Below, one piece after another: positions 42,212 through 51,544 of a stretch of DNA of 64,000 nucleotides. Position 1 is the first letter of the stretch. Each line of letters starts with the position of its first letter. The DNA lies in NCBI GenBank assembly GCA_963833225.1, contig CAWHXD010000007.1, forward strand, positions 548,426-612,425, read 5' to 3'. The notes under the pieces are model-generated. The model saw nothing but the letters and a program-made list of their open reading frames with translations. It made no database searches and was not told where the DNA came from. A program made the translations under genes and the position numbers. The stretch comes from an uncultured Chloroflexia bacterium. GTDB lineage: Bacteria > Chloroflexota > Limnocylindria > Limnocylindrales > CSP1-4.

Positions 42212-43432
42212 CTACGAGATCTCGAGGATCTCGTAGCGGATCTGGCCGCCCGGCGTGATGATCGTGACCGCGTCGCCGACCTTGCGACCCATGAGCGCGG
42301 CGCCCACGGGTGAGGCGGACGAGATGCGGCCCTGGCGCGAGTCCGCCTCGGCCGACGACACGACCTGCATGACGGTCTCGTCGCCGTCTTCGGAGACGCG
42401 CACCCGGGAGCCAAGCCCGACCACGGCTCCGCGCTCGGTCGGGGCAACCACCACGGCCACCTTGAGCTTGGCCTCGAGGGACTTGATCCGGCCCTCCAGG
42501 AATCCCTGCTCCTCGCGGGCGGCGTGGTACTCCGCGTTCTCCTTGAGGTCGCCGTGCTCGCGGGCCGTGGCGATCCGCCGGATTACCTCCGGGCGCTGGG
42601 CGATCAGCCCGGCGTGCTCGCCCTGGAGACGCTCGTGGCCCTCGGGCGAGAGGATGACGGGGTCCGGGACCTTGCGCGGCGAGCCCTGGGCGGCATAGGC
42701 CGCCGCGGCCGCGATCCGCCCGGTGCCACGCCCCGGGGACGGCCTTCGGCCTCGCTTCGCCTCGTCGCGGGCGCCGTCCGCCTCCGCCGGTGGCAGGTCC
42801 ACCACCCGGGAGACCGCCTTGGGCGCAGGTGCCTTGACCTCGGAAAGCAGCGCGTTGGCGATGCCGGTCGGCTTCCGGATGCCGGACGGCGTCCGGAGCA
42901 CGGCCCACGGCATCGCCATCGCCTCCCCGGGGAGCTTCCGCTTCTCGGCCTCGGGCACGCCGGACGCGAACGCGTCGATCAGGGCGTCCTCGTACAGCTC
43001 GGGGTCGCGTCGTGGCAGCCCACCAGACGCGGAGGTCAGAGGCGTTCCGGAGGAAGTGCAGCCAGAACCCGGTCCACGCGGGCTTGCGGTCTCCGGGCAC
43101 GGTTCGGGCCATCGCGGACAACCGGCCCGCGACGATGCCGCTGGAACCTCCGACGAGCAGCACCGGCTGTGAGGGCAGCCAGAACGCGGCGAGCCGGTGC
43201 TGGAGATCCCTGGACACCGGGCGCTTGCCGTCGAGGGTGAGCTCCGGGACGCGTTCAAGCCACTTGCCCACCAGGCGCCAGGTCCAGCGGCGGCGTGGCC
43301 AGCGGCGCGGGCAGCTCCACGACGAACACGCCGGGCGCCGAATGCCGGATCGGACGACCCCCACGGGACGGGGCCGTCGGCCATCAGGCCAACCTCGCGG
43401 ATCAGGACGGGGGCGCTTCGATCGTCGGGCAT
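42212..43432 (-). CDS. greA: GreA elongation factor fused to an N-terminal GIY-YIG-like domain (frameshifts near 43360, 43275, 43008)
   Basis: C-terminal AREHGDLKENAEYHAAREEQ, ISSASPVGAALMG; the N-terminal domain can be reconstructed across three shifts; AGGAG RBS. Confidence 0.82.
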   Translation of the reverse strand: MPDDRSAPVLIREVGLMADGPVPWGSSDPAFGARRVRRGAARAAGHAAAGPGAWWASGLNASRSSPSTASARCPGISSTGSPRSGCPHSRCCSSEVPAASSRAGCPRWPEPCPETASPRGPGSGCTSSGTPLTSASGGLPRRDPELYEDALIDAFASGVPEAEKRKLPGEAMAMPWAVLRTPSGIRKPTGIANALLSEVKAPAPKAVSRVVDLPPAEADGARDEAKRGRRPSPGRGTGRIAAAAAYAAQGSPRKVPDPVILSPEGHERLQGEHAGLIAQRPEVIRRIATAREHGDLKENAEYHAAREEQGFLEGRIKSLEAKLKVAVVVAPTERGAVVGLGSRVRVSEDGDETVMQVVSSAEADSRQGRISSASPVGAALMGRKVGDAVTIITPGGQIRYEILEIS

Positions 43433-43475
43433 CGGCTCCTGCTCGTGAGGGCGCGTAAGCGTATCGTCGCACCTC

Positions 43476-44936
43476 ATGCCAACGACATCCAGCGCCGCAC
43501 GCCCGTTCGGGTGGCGATCTATCCCGGCGCGCGGGCCCCAGCTCGCCGGCAGCCTGCGCGCGCGGACCGGGGCGGGGTCCAGACGCCGGCGGCGCCTGCT
43601 CGTGCGGTCGCGGTCGGCAGCCGCCATCCGGGCCGGCCGGCCCGTCGGCGAGCCTGCGGGCGGGAGCCGCCGGGCACGGCGGCCGGCGCAACGGCGCCGG
43701 CCTCGTCGAGCGACCGCGGTCTCGCCCGGAGTCATCGCCGCCCGCGCCACCGGACCGTCCGCCTCGCCGGCGCCGGATCCGTCGGCACTGCCGATCCCCG
43801 CCATCGGCTCCGCCGCCGTCAGGCCCCCTCGGCGCAACGGCATCCCCGCCACGGCACTCCAGGCCCGTCTCGACAAGCTCCGAGCTCAAGCTCAACATCC
43901 CCGGGGTGTCCGTCGCGATCCTGTGGGATGACGGCCGGCAGTGGCTGGGGGCGTCGAGGGTTCCGCGATGTCGCGGCCGAGGATCCGATGACGACCGGGA
44001 CGGCTTTGCCCTCGCCTCGATCTCCAAGACGCTGACGGCCGGCGTGGTGCTGCAGCTGGTGGAGGAGGGGCAGCTCTCGCTCACGAGAGCGTGGCGCCGT
44101 TGCTGCCGGCTTACGATGGACCGCAAGATCACCGTCCGCGAACTCCTCGACCACACCAGCGGGATGCCCGGACTACTTCCTCAACGCGAAGATCGACAAG
44201 CCGCTCCAGGATGACAAGGCCGCGACCTGGACGCCGGAGCAGGCGTGGGGGTACGTCGCTCCCCGAAGAAGCGGCCCCGGCCTGACCGGGAGTGGCTGTA
44301 CTCCAACACCAACTACCTGCTCCTGGGCGAGCTCGTGGAGGCCGTGACGGGCCGGCCGCTGGCGACGGAGATCCGCGACCGCATCCTGGATCCGCTGGGC
44401 CTGGAAGCGCCTCGTGGTACCAGGCGGTCGAGGAGCCGAGGGTGCCCGCGACCCTTGGCTATCGGCTGGTCGCGAAGGGGGCGGTCTGCGAGCTTGTCCG
44501 GTGGCGCGGCCACCGACGTCATGCCGTTCCGGTCCGTCGTGACCGCGGCCGGTGGTGCCGGCTCGATCGCGGCGACCGCGCTCGACACGGCCCGCTGGAT
44601 GCGGGCGTTCGCCGGCGGCAGACATCCTGGGGCCGGACGATCCAGCGGGAGATGGTTGCAGACGTCGCGCACACCAAGGCGCTGAACGCCGAGATCCCGT
44701 ACGGGCTCGGGATCCAGGCGCTGCCGATCGGCGGATCGCCACGCGCTCGGCCATCCGGGCGGTTCCTGGGGTTCCGGAACGTCGCCCGCTATCTGCCCGG
44801 TGAGGGCGTGACGATCGCGGTGCTGACGAACCAGGGTGACCAGGATCCCGCGAGGATCGCTGCGGCGCTGCTCAAGCTGATCCTGCCGCCGCTGCCCGAG
44901 CCGGCCAGCTCTGCCTCGCCCTCGCCGACGCCCTAG
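43476..44936 (+). pseudogene. Serine hydrolase (beta-lactamase/D-Ala-D-Ala carboxypeptidase family), multiply frameshifted
   Basis: FALASISKTLTA (SxxK), LLDHTSG, YSNTNY, PLGL, YGLG and TIAVLTN are spread over several frames. Confidence 0.75.
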
Positions 44937-46189
44937 GCTCGGCTGCGAGGTCCCGCGGTGCCCGCGCCGCGGCTGCGGCGCCCGCGGCCGCCACCCGCGG
45001 GCCCGCCGGCGCCCCGCGGCGCGCGCAGGGGCCGCGCCTCCTGGCGGGTCGGCTCGAACCCGTCGGCCACCTCCCACGCGATCGCGCGCTGGAGCAGCCG
45101 CTGGACCCCCCGGAGGAGGTCGGCCTCGTCGACGGTGACCAGGCTGATCGCGTCCCCGGTCGCTCCGGCGCGTCCCGTCCGTCCGATGCGGTGGACGTAG
45201 TCCTCGGGGTTCCATGGCAGCTCGAAGTTCACCACGTGGGGCAGGTTGTCGATATCCAGGCCGCGGGCAGCCACGTCGGTCGCGACCAGGACCCGGATCT
45301 CGCCCGCCTTGAACGCCTCGAGCGCCTTGGTCCGGTCGGATTGCGCCCGGTCGGAGTGGATGGCCGTTGAGGCGACGCCGTGGCGGTCCAGCCATGAGGC
45401 GAGCCGCGAGGCCGCGAGCTTGGTCCGGGTGAAGACCAGCACCTGGTGCCAGTCGCCATCGGTCACGAGGTGGGCGAGCAGCTGCTCCTTGCGGTCGCGG
45501 TCCACCGGGTAGACGAGCTGCCGCACCGTCTCGGCGGCGGTTCCATGGCGGGACACCTCGATCGTCTCGGGGTTGTTGAGGATCGACCCGGCGAGGCGCT
45601 TGATGTCGTCGCTGAAGGTGGCCGAGAACAGCAGCGTCTGCTTGCGGCTGACCAGGAGGTCGAGGATCCGGCGAATGTCGGGCATGAAGCCCATGTCCAG
45701 CATCCGGTCCCCCTCGTCGAGCACCAGGATCTCCGCCTGCCCGAGGTTCGCCGCCCGCTGGCCGACGAGGTCGAGCAGGCGCCCCGGCGTGGCCACCAGG
45801 ATCTCGACGCCGCTGCGCAGCTCCTTGATCTGGGGGTCGAGCGGAACGCCGCCATAGACCACCGCCGCCCGGAGCGGCACCTTGCGGCCATAGGTCTTGA
45901 TCGCCTCCGCCACCTGGACGGCGAGCTCGCGGGTGGGTGTGAGGACGAGCACCCGCACCGGGTGGCGCGCCGGGGAGAACGAGGTGTTCGCGTGCGGCCG
46001 CAGGCGGTCGAGGATGGGGAGCGTGAACGCTGCCGTCTTGCCGGTCCCCGTCTGGGCGGCCGCGAGGACGTCGCGTCCCTGGAGGATGAGGGGGATGGCC
46101 CGCTCCTGGACGGGTGTGGGCTCCGTGTAGCCCTCTTCGGCGACGGTCTGCAGGAGGTCGACCGACAGCCCCAGGTCTTCGAATTGCAA
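44933..46189 (-). CDS. DEAD-box RNA helicase, RhlE-like
   Basis: [41 protein letters not shown]; TTG start after GAAGGA. Confidence 0.92.
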   Translation of the reverse strand: MQFEDLGLSVDLLQTVAEEGYTEPTPVQERAIPLILQGRDVLAAAQTGTGKTAAFTLPILDRLRPHANTSFSPARHPVRVLVLTPTRELAVQVAEAIKTYGRKVPLRAAVVYGGVPLDPQIKELRSGVEILVATPGRLLDLVGQRAANLGQAEILVLDEGDRMLDMGFMPDIRRILDLLVSRKQTLLFSATFSDDIKRLAGSILNNPETIEVSRHGTAAETVRQLVYPVDRDRKEQLLAHLVTDGDWHQVLVFTRTKLAASRLASWLDRHGVASTAIHSDRAQSDRTKALEAFKAGEIRVLVATDVAARGLDIDNLPHVVNFELPWNPEDYVHRIGRTGRAGATGDAISLVTVDEADLLRGVQRLLQRAIAWEVADGFEPTRQEARPLRAPRGAGGPAGGGRGRRSRGAGTAGPRSRA

Positions 46190-46364
46190 GGTGTGTCGAG
46201 TTCCTTCAGGTTCAGGGCCGCTCGGCCGGCGGGTCGGCGTTGTGTGCGGTGGTCCGGCGCGGCGCCCTCGCGGTGCGGCGTGGGCGGCGTCAGCGGCCTG
46301 GGCAGTGTGGCGGCACGGGCGGCTGCACGGCCGGACGCGGCCGAGCATACGCGAAAATGGGCCC

Positions 46365-46834
46365 ATGGGTTCACGAGGAACGCGGGCCATCGAGGTCGGT
46401 GCGCCACGCAGGAGTGGCGCATACGGTGCATGAATATGCGACGGGCGGCCGGGCCTCCCTGCGCGATGGCGGGCGCGGGTATGCGCTCGAGGCCGTCGAG
46501 GCGCTGGAGATCGAAGCGGGCGGCGTGTTCAAGACGATCGTGGCGCATCGACGGGCGGCTGGCTCGGTCGTCCGCGACGCCGAGGTGGACTCAAGGCCGT
46601 TGCGACGCGCTGGGAGGCGGCGCGGGCCTCGTCGCCGCCGAGGCGAGCGGGCGACGGGTACGTGCTGGGCGGGATCTCGCCCCTGGGGACGCGGAGGTCA
46701 CTGGCACCGTGGTTGGACGCGATCCGCGGCCATGGTCCCCGATCCATGTGTCGGCGGGTCGGCGCGGGCTGGAGATCGAGCTGGCGCGCGGCGGATCTCG
46801 TGGCGTCGGCGGCCGCTGGCGCCGGGGCCGCTGA
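46365..46834 (+). pseudogene. ybaK: YbaK/EbsC Cys-tRNA(Pro) deacylase, multiply frameshifted
   Basis: Fragments HTVHEY, VFKTIVA, GGISPLG and VSAGRRGLEIEL lie in different frames. Confidence 0.75.
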
Positions 46835-46864
46835 CCCCGGCCGGCCCGCACCGCGGCGAGGCTC

Positions 46865-47680
46865 TCAGCCACCGATCTCGGCACGCTCCGTGCGCAGCAC
46901 CGCGATCGCGAGCGCGGCGATGAGCCACAGGGCGGTGACCACGATAGCCGTACCCGGGTCGAGCGTTGCGCCCACCTCCGTGCCGTTGACCATCACGCTC
47001 CCGCCCGATCCGCTGCTCACCACCGCACCCGACGCCGTGAACGGGAACCACTTGAGCACGTGCGGGGCGAAGATGCCGGCGATCCCCTCGGCGAAGTACA
47101 GCCCGATCCCGACCCCAATCCCGGCCACCTGGCTCCGGGTGACGGTCGCGATCGCGAACCCGAGTGCCGCGTTCATCGCCATCGCGAGCCCGGCGCGGGC
47201 GAACAGCTCCGGCAGGCGCAGCAACGCGTCGCCGTCACCCATGCCGGACAGACCGACGTCGGTGAGCGTGGCCCCGAACGCCGTCACCGCGACGCCAACG
47301 AGGAACGCGCCGACGATCCCGATCCAGGTGACGACCGCCACCGCCGCGAAGCCGAGGAGGGTGTACGTGGCCCGGCCCTCACCCCTCGCGACCGCGGCCT
47401 TGAGCGTTCCCCACGACCACTCGGATCCCGCGATCGCGGCGCCGTAGGTCACGGCGAGCAGCCCGCCGATCCCGATGACCATCGAGAGGATCAGCTCGTA
47501 GGCGGCCGGGAAGGTCAGGAACTGGCGGGCGGCCAGCGCGGACATCGGGTCCGCCGACTGCTTGCTGCCCACGATCACGAAGAACGTGACGAGGGCGTGG
47601 AGGGCCACCAGCAGCAGGAAGGTGACCCAGGTCGCCGGCCGGCTCCGGAGCTTGCGGAGATTGGCGCGGAACAGCCTCAT
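46865..47680 (-). CDS. ABC-2 exporter permease
   Basis: AGSEWSWGTLK, six TM segments. Confidence 0.88.
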   Translation of the reverse strand: MRLFRANLRKLRSRPATWVTFLLLVALHALVTFFVIVGSKQSADPMSALAARQFLTFPAAYELILSMVIGIGGLLAVTYGAAIAGSEWSWGTLKAAVARGEGRATYTLLGFAAVAVVTWIGIVGAFLVGVAVTAFGATLTDVGLSGMGDGDALLRLPELFARAGLAMAMNAALGFAIATVTRSQVAGIGVGIGLYFAEGIAGIFAPHVLKWFPFTASGAVVSSGSGGSVMVNGTEVGATLDPGTAIVVTALWLIAALAIAVLRTERAEIGG

Positions 47681-48711
47681 GACGGCCAGCCGGGGACGGC
47701 GCCCGATCCTGGCGGGGCCGCGGGACCGGTTGTCTGCCCTCCGCCCCCGGGGCCCGCTGCATCCGCGGCGCCCCCCACATCGGGCATCGTCCCGGTCACG
47801 TCGAGGAACAGCGCCTCCAGGGTCGTGCCGACCTCGATCCGAGAGGCATACACCCCGGTCGACGCCAGCGCCCGATTGAGCTCGGCGGCACGTGCTGGAT
47901 CGATCCGCACGTCGAGCCAGCCCCCTTCAGGGCCGACCTCGGGCCGGACGCTGCCCGGACCCGCAACCGACTCCAGCGTGGCGCCCGCGCCATGGACCTC
48001 GAGCGGGGCGACCCGCACCCGGACCGAGCCCTCCTCGCGCAACAGGTCCTCGATCCGGCCCTCGCGGACGAGTCGCCCTCGCGCGATGATCCCCACCACA
48101 TCGGCGAGCTGGCCGATCTCGGACAGGATGTGACTCGACACGAACACCGTCTTGCCGGCGGCCGCCAGCGCCCGTAGCGTGTCGCGCATGCCCGCGATCC
48201 CGGCTGGATCGAGGCCGTTCGCCGGTTCGTCGAGCAGCAGCAATCGCGGATCCGAGAGGAGGGCGCTCGCGATCCCGAGCCGTTGCTTCATTCCCAGCGA
48301 GTAGCCGGAGACGCGGTCGCCGGCCCGTTCGAGGAGATTGACCAGCGTGAGCAGCTCGTCGATGCGCGCGGCCGGTGTCGGAGCCCCGGCCGCCGCCAGC
48401 GCCGCGAGGTTCTCGCGGCCGGAGAGGTACGGGTAGAAGGACGGCGCCTCGATCAGGGCGCCCACGTCAAACAGCCGGCGACGGTCGCCGCGCCCGAATG
48501 GCCGGCCGAGCAGCTCCACCCGCCCTGCATCGGGGCGGACGAGACCGGTGAGGATGCGCATCGTCGTGGTCTTGCCGGCTCCGTTGGGTCCGAGGAACCC
48601 ATAGACCACGCCGGTCGGCACGCTCAGGTCCAGCCCATCGAGCGCCACGCGCCGGCCGTATCGCTTGGCCAGGCCTTGCGTGGCCAGCGCCACCTCAGAT
48701 CCGTCAGTCAC
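47677..48711 (-). CDS. ABC exporter ATPase (BcrA-like)
   Basis: GPNGAGKTT, YSLGMKQRLG, LDEPANGLDP; GGAGG before GTG. Confidence 0.92.
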   Translation of the reverse strand: MTDGSEVALATQGLAKRYGRRVALDGLDLSVPTGVVYGFLGPNGAGKTTTMRILTGLVRPDAGRVELLGRPFGRGDRRRLFDVGALIEAPSFYPYLSGRENLAALAAAGAPTPAARIDELLTLVNLLERAGDRVSGYSLGMKQRLGIASALLSDPRLLLLDEPANGLDPAGIAGMRDTLRALAAAGKTVFVSSHILSEIGQLADVVGIIARGRLVREGRIEDLLREEGSVRVRVAPLEVHGAGATLESVAGPGSVRPEVGPEGGWLDVRIDPARAAELNRALASTGVYASRIEVGTTLEALFLDVTGTMPDVGGAADAAGPGGGGQTTGPAAPPGSGAVPGWPS

Positions 48712-48835
48712 CGAGCCTCCCCATCCGCGCCCCGCCCCCAACATCGGACCGGGTGCCGGATCAACGATAGCGGCTGTCCGGTTCATGGGCCGGATGGCCC
48801 GGGGTTGCCGGGCGCCGCCTCTGGCATACTGACGC

Positions 48836-48934
48836 CGACCCCCTGGGTCGATGATCCGACCGCAGACAGGCCACAACCGAAGAGCCGTCGCCCGGCAGGC
48901 ATCCCTGTCGCCCCTCGGGTGGTCCGCCACCCGA
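48836..48934 (+). promoter_or_regulatory. Candidate structured 5' leader RNA
   Basis: Hairpins CGACCC/GGGTCG, GACAGG/CCTGTC (enclosing GCCG/CGGC) and TCGGGTGG-TCCG-CCACCCGA; CATACT -10-like hexamer just upstream. Confidence 0.35.
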
Positions 48935-49093
48935 ACCTCCGCGACCCGACCCCGGCGACCCGACTCCCGTCGGCTCGCTCCGCGCTCCGGCCACCGTCGA
49001 TGCGTGTGCAGGTCACGTCGTCCCCGCCGCCGCCGACGGTCCAACGTCCCACCGTCACCGCGCCCCCTGCGCGTGTTCCGGCGGAACGGAGGT

Positions 49094-49950
49094 ATGACGA
49101 TTGCCCCAGCAACGGAACGGCGCCCAGCGGGCGTCCTCGACAACGGTCCGGTCGCTGCTGACCGGCCTGCTCGCCGCCCTTCTCCTGATCACCGCGGCCG
49201 CCGCCACGGCTCCCGAGACCCGGGCCTCGACCTCGAAGGTCGTGATCGTGGTCGGCCCCGTGGGCAGCGCCACCCGTGAGTACAAGCGCAGCGCCAGGAA
49301 GCTGGCCGATGTCGCCCGCAGCTACGGTGCCGCGGTCACCAAGGTCTTCAGCCCCAGGGCCACGTGGAAGCGCGTCCGCACCGCCGCGCAGGGCGCAAAC
49401 CTCCTGATCTACCTTGGCCACGGCAATGGCTGGCCCAGCCCGTATGCCCCGTTCTCGGTCGATTTCGAAGGACGGCTTTGGCCTCAACAAGAGCGTCAAC
49501 AACGGCAACAGGAACCTGCGCTACTACGGCGAGTCATACATGGCGAAGCTTGGCTTGGCCCAGGATGCCGTCGTGGTGCTCAACCGCCTGTGCTATGCGT
49601 CCGGCAACAACGAGTGGGGCGCCGGCAACCCGAAGAAGTCGACGGCGATCAAGCGGGTCGACAACTACGGCCACGGGTTCCTGAAGACAGGCGCGAAGGC
49701 CGTCTTCGCGAGCGGCATCACGAGCGTGCGTTTCGTGCTCAGGGGACTGTTCAAGGCTGCGGGCGCAACGACCTTCTCGGAGCTGTTCTGGACGGATCCG
49801 AGCCGGACGCGGGACTACGACTTCCAGTTCGCGTCGGTGCGGACCCCGGGAGCCTCGGCCATCATGGATCCCTACGCGCCGCACCGCTACTTCCGCAGCG
49901 TCATCGGGTTCCTCGACACGACGATCTCGGACTGGCGTTCCGGGACCTAG
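49094..49950 (+). CDS. Secreted protein with caspase/gingipain-like His-Gly / Cys motifs (frameshifted near 49465, probably also near the start)
   Basis: GGAGG-ATG at 49094, signal peptide, KVVIVVGP, LLIYLGHGNG; then SKDGFGLN..VVVLNRLCYASG in the next frame. Confidence 0.65.
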
Positions 49951-50258
49951 CCAGGCGCAGCCTGGGACCGGTGCCGGGCGGCTCGCCCCCTTCCACCCAC
50001 CAGGCCAACTCCGGGTTGTTGAGCGGTGCGTCCGTCAACGCCTGCCGGGCTGCGGGAGCGACGGTCTCCTGGCCCCCGCCTGCGACCCTGGCGTCCAAGT
50101 GGTCGGGGCGACCCAGCGGGCCGCGCCAACCCGGGTGGAGCCTGCCCCGGCGGCGTCAGCGCAAGCAGGGTAGCGGGCACCCCATGACCGCCGTCTGATC
50201 ACCAGCCCTGATCAACGCCGCCTTTCCGGCGGGCTGGCCGGGCGATGCCGACCGGCTG

Positions 50259-50375
50259 ATCACCGGTTGTGATGATCGAGCGGATATCGGCCACCCGGAC
50301 GGGCCCAGGGGCTCCGTGTCCGGCGCCGGGTGGTGCAGGCGTACCGGAAACCCTTGATTGATCACCAGTGGTGAT
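50259..50375. repeat. Two ATCAC-N5-GTGAT palindromes within a TGATCA-rich convergent intergenic region
   Basis: ATCACCGGTTGTGAT at 50259 and ATCACCAGTGGTGAT at 50361; further TGATCA half sites near 50196-50215. Confidence 0.6.
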
Positions 50376-50518
50376 ACTGCGGCCTCGAGCCCGGGCCAGG
50401 CGCCGGCCACGGAGCCGCGAGCGGGCGCCGGCCGGAGCGCGGCCGACCACGAAACAACGAAGCGGGCGCCGGCCGGCGGCCGTGCGCCCGCGTTCGGGAC
50501 GAGGACGGTGCGACGAGC

Positions 50519-51544
50519 CTAGACCCCGGCGAGCTCGCTCGGCGCCGACCACGAGTGGAGCGTCTTGAGGTAGTTCGCCCGCTCGAACGCCGTCGGGTTG
50601 GCCACGTTGGCCGCCGTCGCTGACCCGCGGAGCTGCGAGACGGACACGTACTCTCGCTCCTCCAGCCAGGTGACGAGCTCGCGCTCGAGCTTCCCGACCT
50701 GCCCCGCGCCGTTGCGCAGGATGGCGGAGGCCATCATGACCACGTCGGCGCCCACGGCGAGCGCCTTGACGGCATCGGTTCCGGCATGGATCCCGGTGGT
50801 TGCCGCCAGGCCGCACGACGGACCCAGCTGCGGCCGGAGGATCGCCAGCCACCGGAGCGGCAGGCGCAGCTCCGAGGGGTGGGAGAGCGAGACCCGGGTC
50901 GTGACGTCGAACGTGTCCACGTCGATGTCCGGCTGGTAGAAGCGGTTGAACAGCACCAGGCCGTTCGCACCCGCCGCCACGATCCGGCCGGCGAAGTTCG
51001 CGAGGGCCGCGTAGTAGGGCGAGAGCTTGACGGCGAACGGGATCGTGATCGCCGACCGGATCTCGGCGACGAGGTCGACGTCGGCCTGCTCGCGCTGCGC
51101 CGACCCGACCAGCGGATCGGCTGCGACGTGGTACAGGTTGAGCTCCAGCGCGTCAGCGCCGGCCTCCTGCATCAGGCGTGCGTAGCGGACCCATGCGCCG
51201 CTGGAGTCGGCGTTGAGGCTGGCGATGATCGGGATCGAGACGAGCCCCTTGGTCTTCTCGATCCGCTCCAGGTAGCGCTCGCCGATGCCCTTGAACTCGG
51301 CGACGTTGGGGAAGTAGCCAAGCGCCTCGGCGAACTGCTCGGTGCCCTGGTCGAGGGCGCGGGACAGCTCGATCTCGTCGTTGAGGATCTCCTCCTCGAA
51401 CAGCGAGGGCAGGACCACGGCCCCGGCGCCCGCGTCCTCGAGCTGCTTCACAAACGACGGGTCGCCGGTCAACGGCGTGGAGGACGCGACGATGGGGGAC
51501 CGCAGGTCCAGCCCCAGGTAGCGGGTCCGAAGATCGGGGGTCAC
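50519..51544 (-). CDS. Dihydroorotate dehydrogenase-like FMN protein
   Basis: YLGLDLRSPIVASS, SLFEE, VKLSPY, LFNRFYQPDID, LRLPLRW. Confidence 0.88.
   Translation of the reverse strand: MTPDLRTRYLGLDLRSPIVASSTPLTGDPSFVKQLEDAGAGAVVLPSLFEEEILNDEIELSRALDQGTEQFAEALGYFPNVAEFKGIGERYLERIEKTKGLVSIPIIASLNADSSGAWVRYARLMQEAGADALELNLYHVAADPLVGSAQREQADVDLVAEIRSAITIPFAVKLSPYYAALANFAGRIVAAGANGLVLFNRFYQPDIDVDTFDVTTRVSLSHPSELRLPLRWLAILRPQLGPSCGLAATTGIHAGTDAVKALAVGADVVMMASAILRNGAGQVGKLERELVTWLEEREYVSVSQLRGSATAANVANPTAFERANYLKTLHSWSAPSELAGV

Noticed and set aside
50199-50518. ORFs in the 49950-50519 gap
   Set aside because: No recognisable motifs or convincing translation signals.
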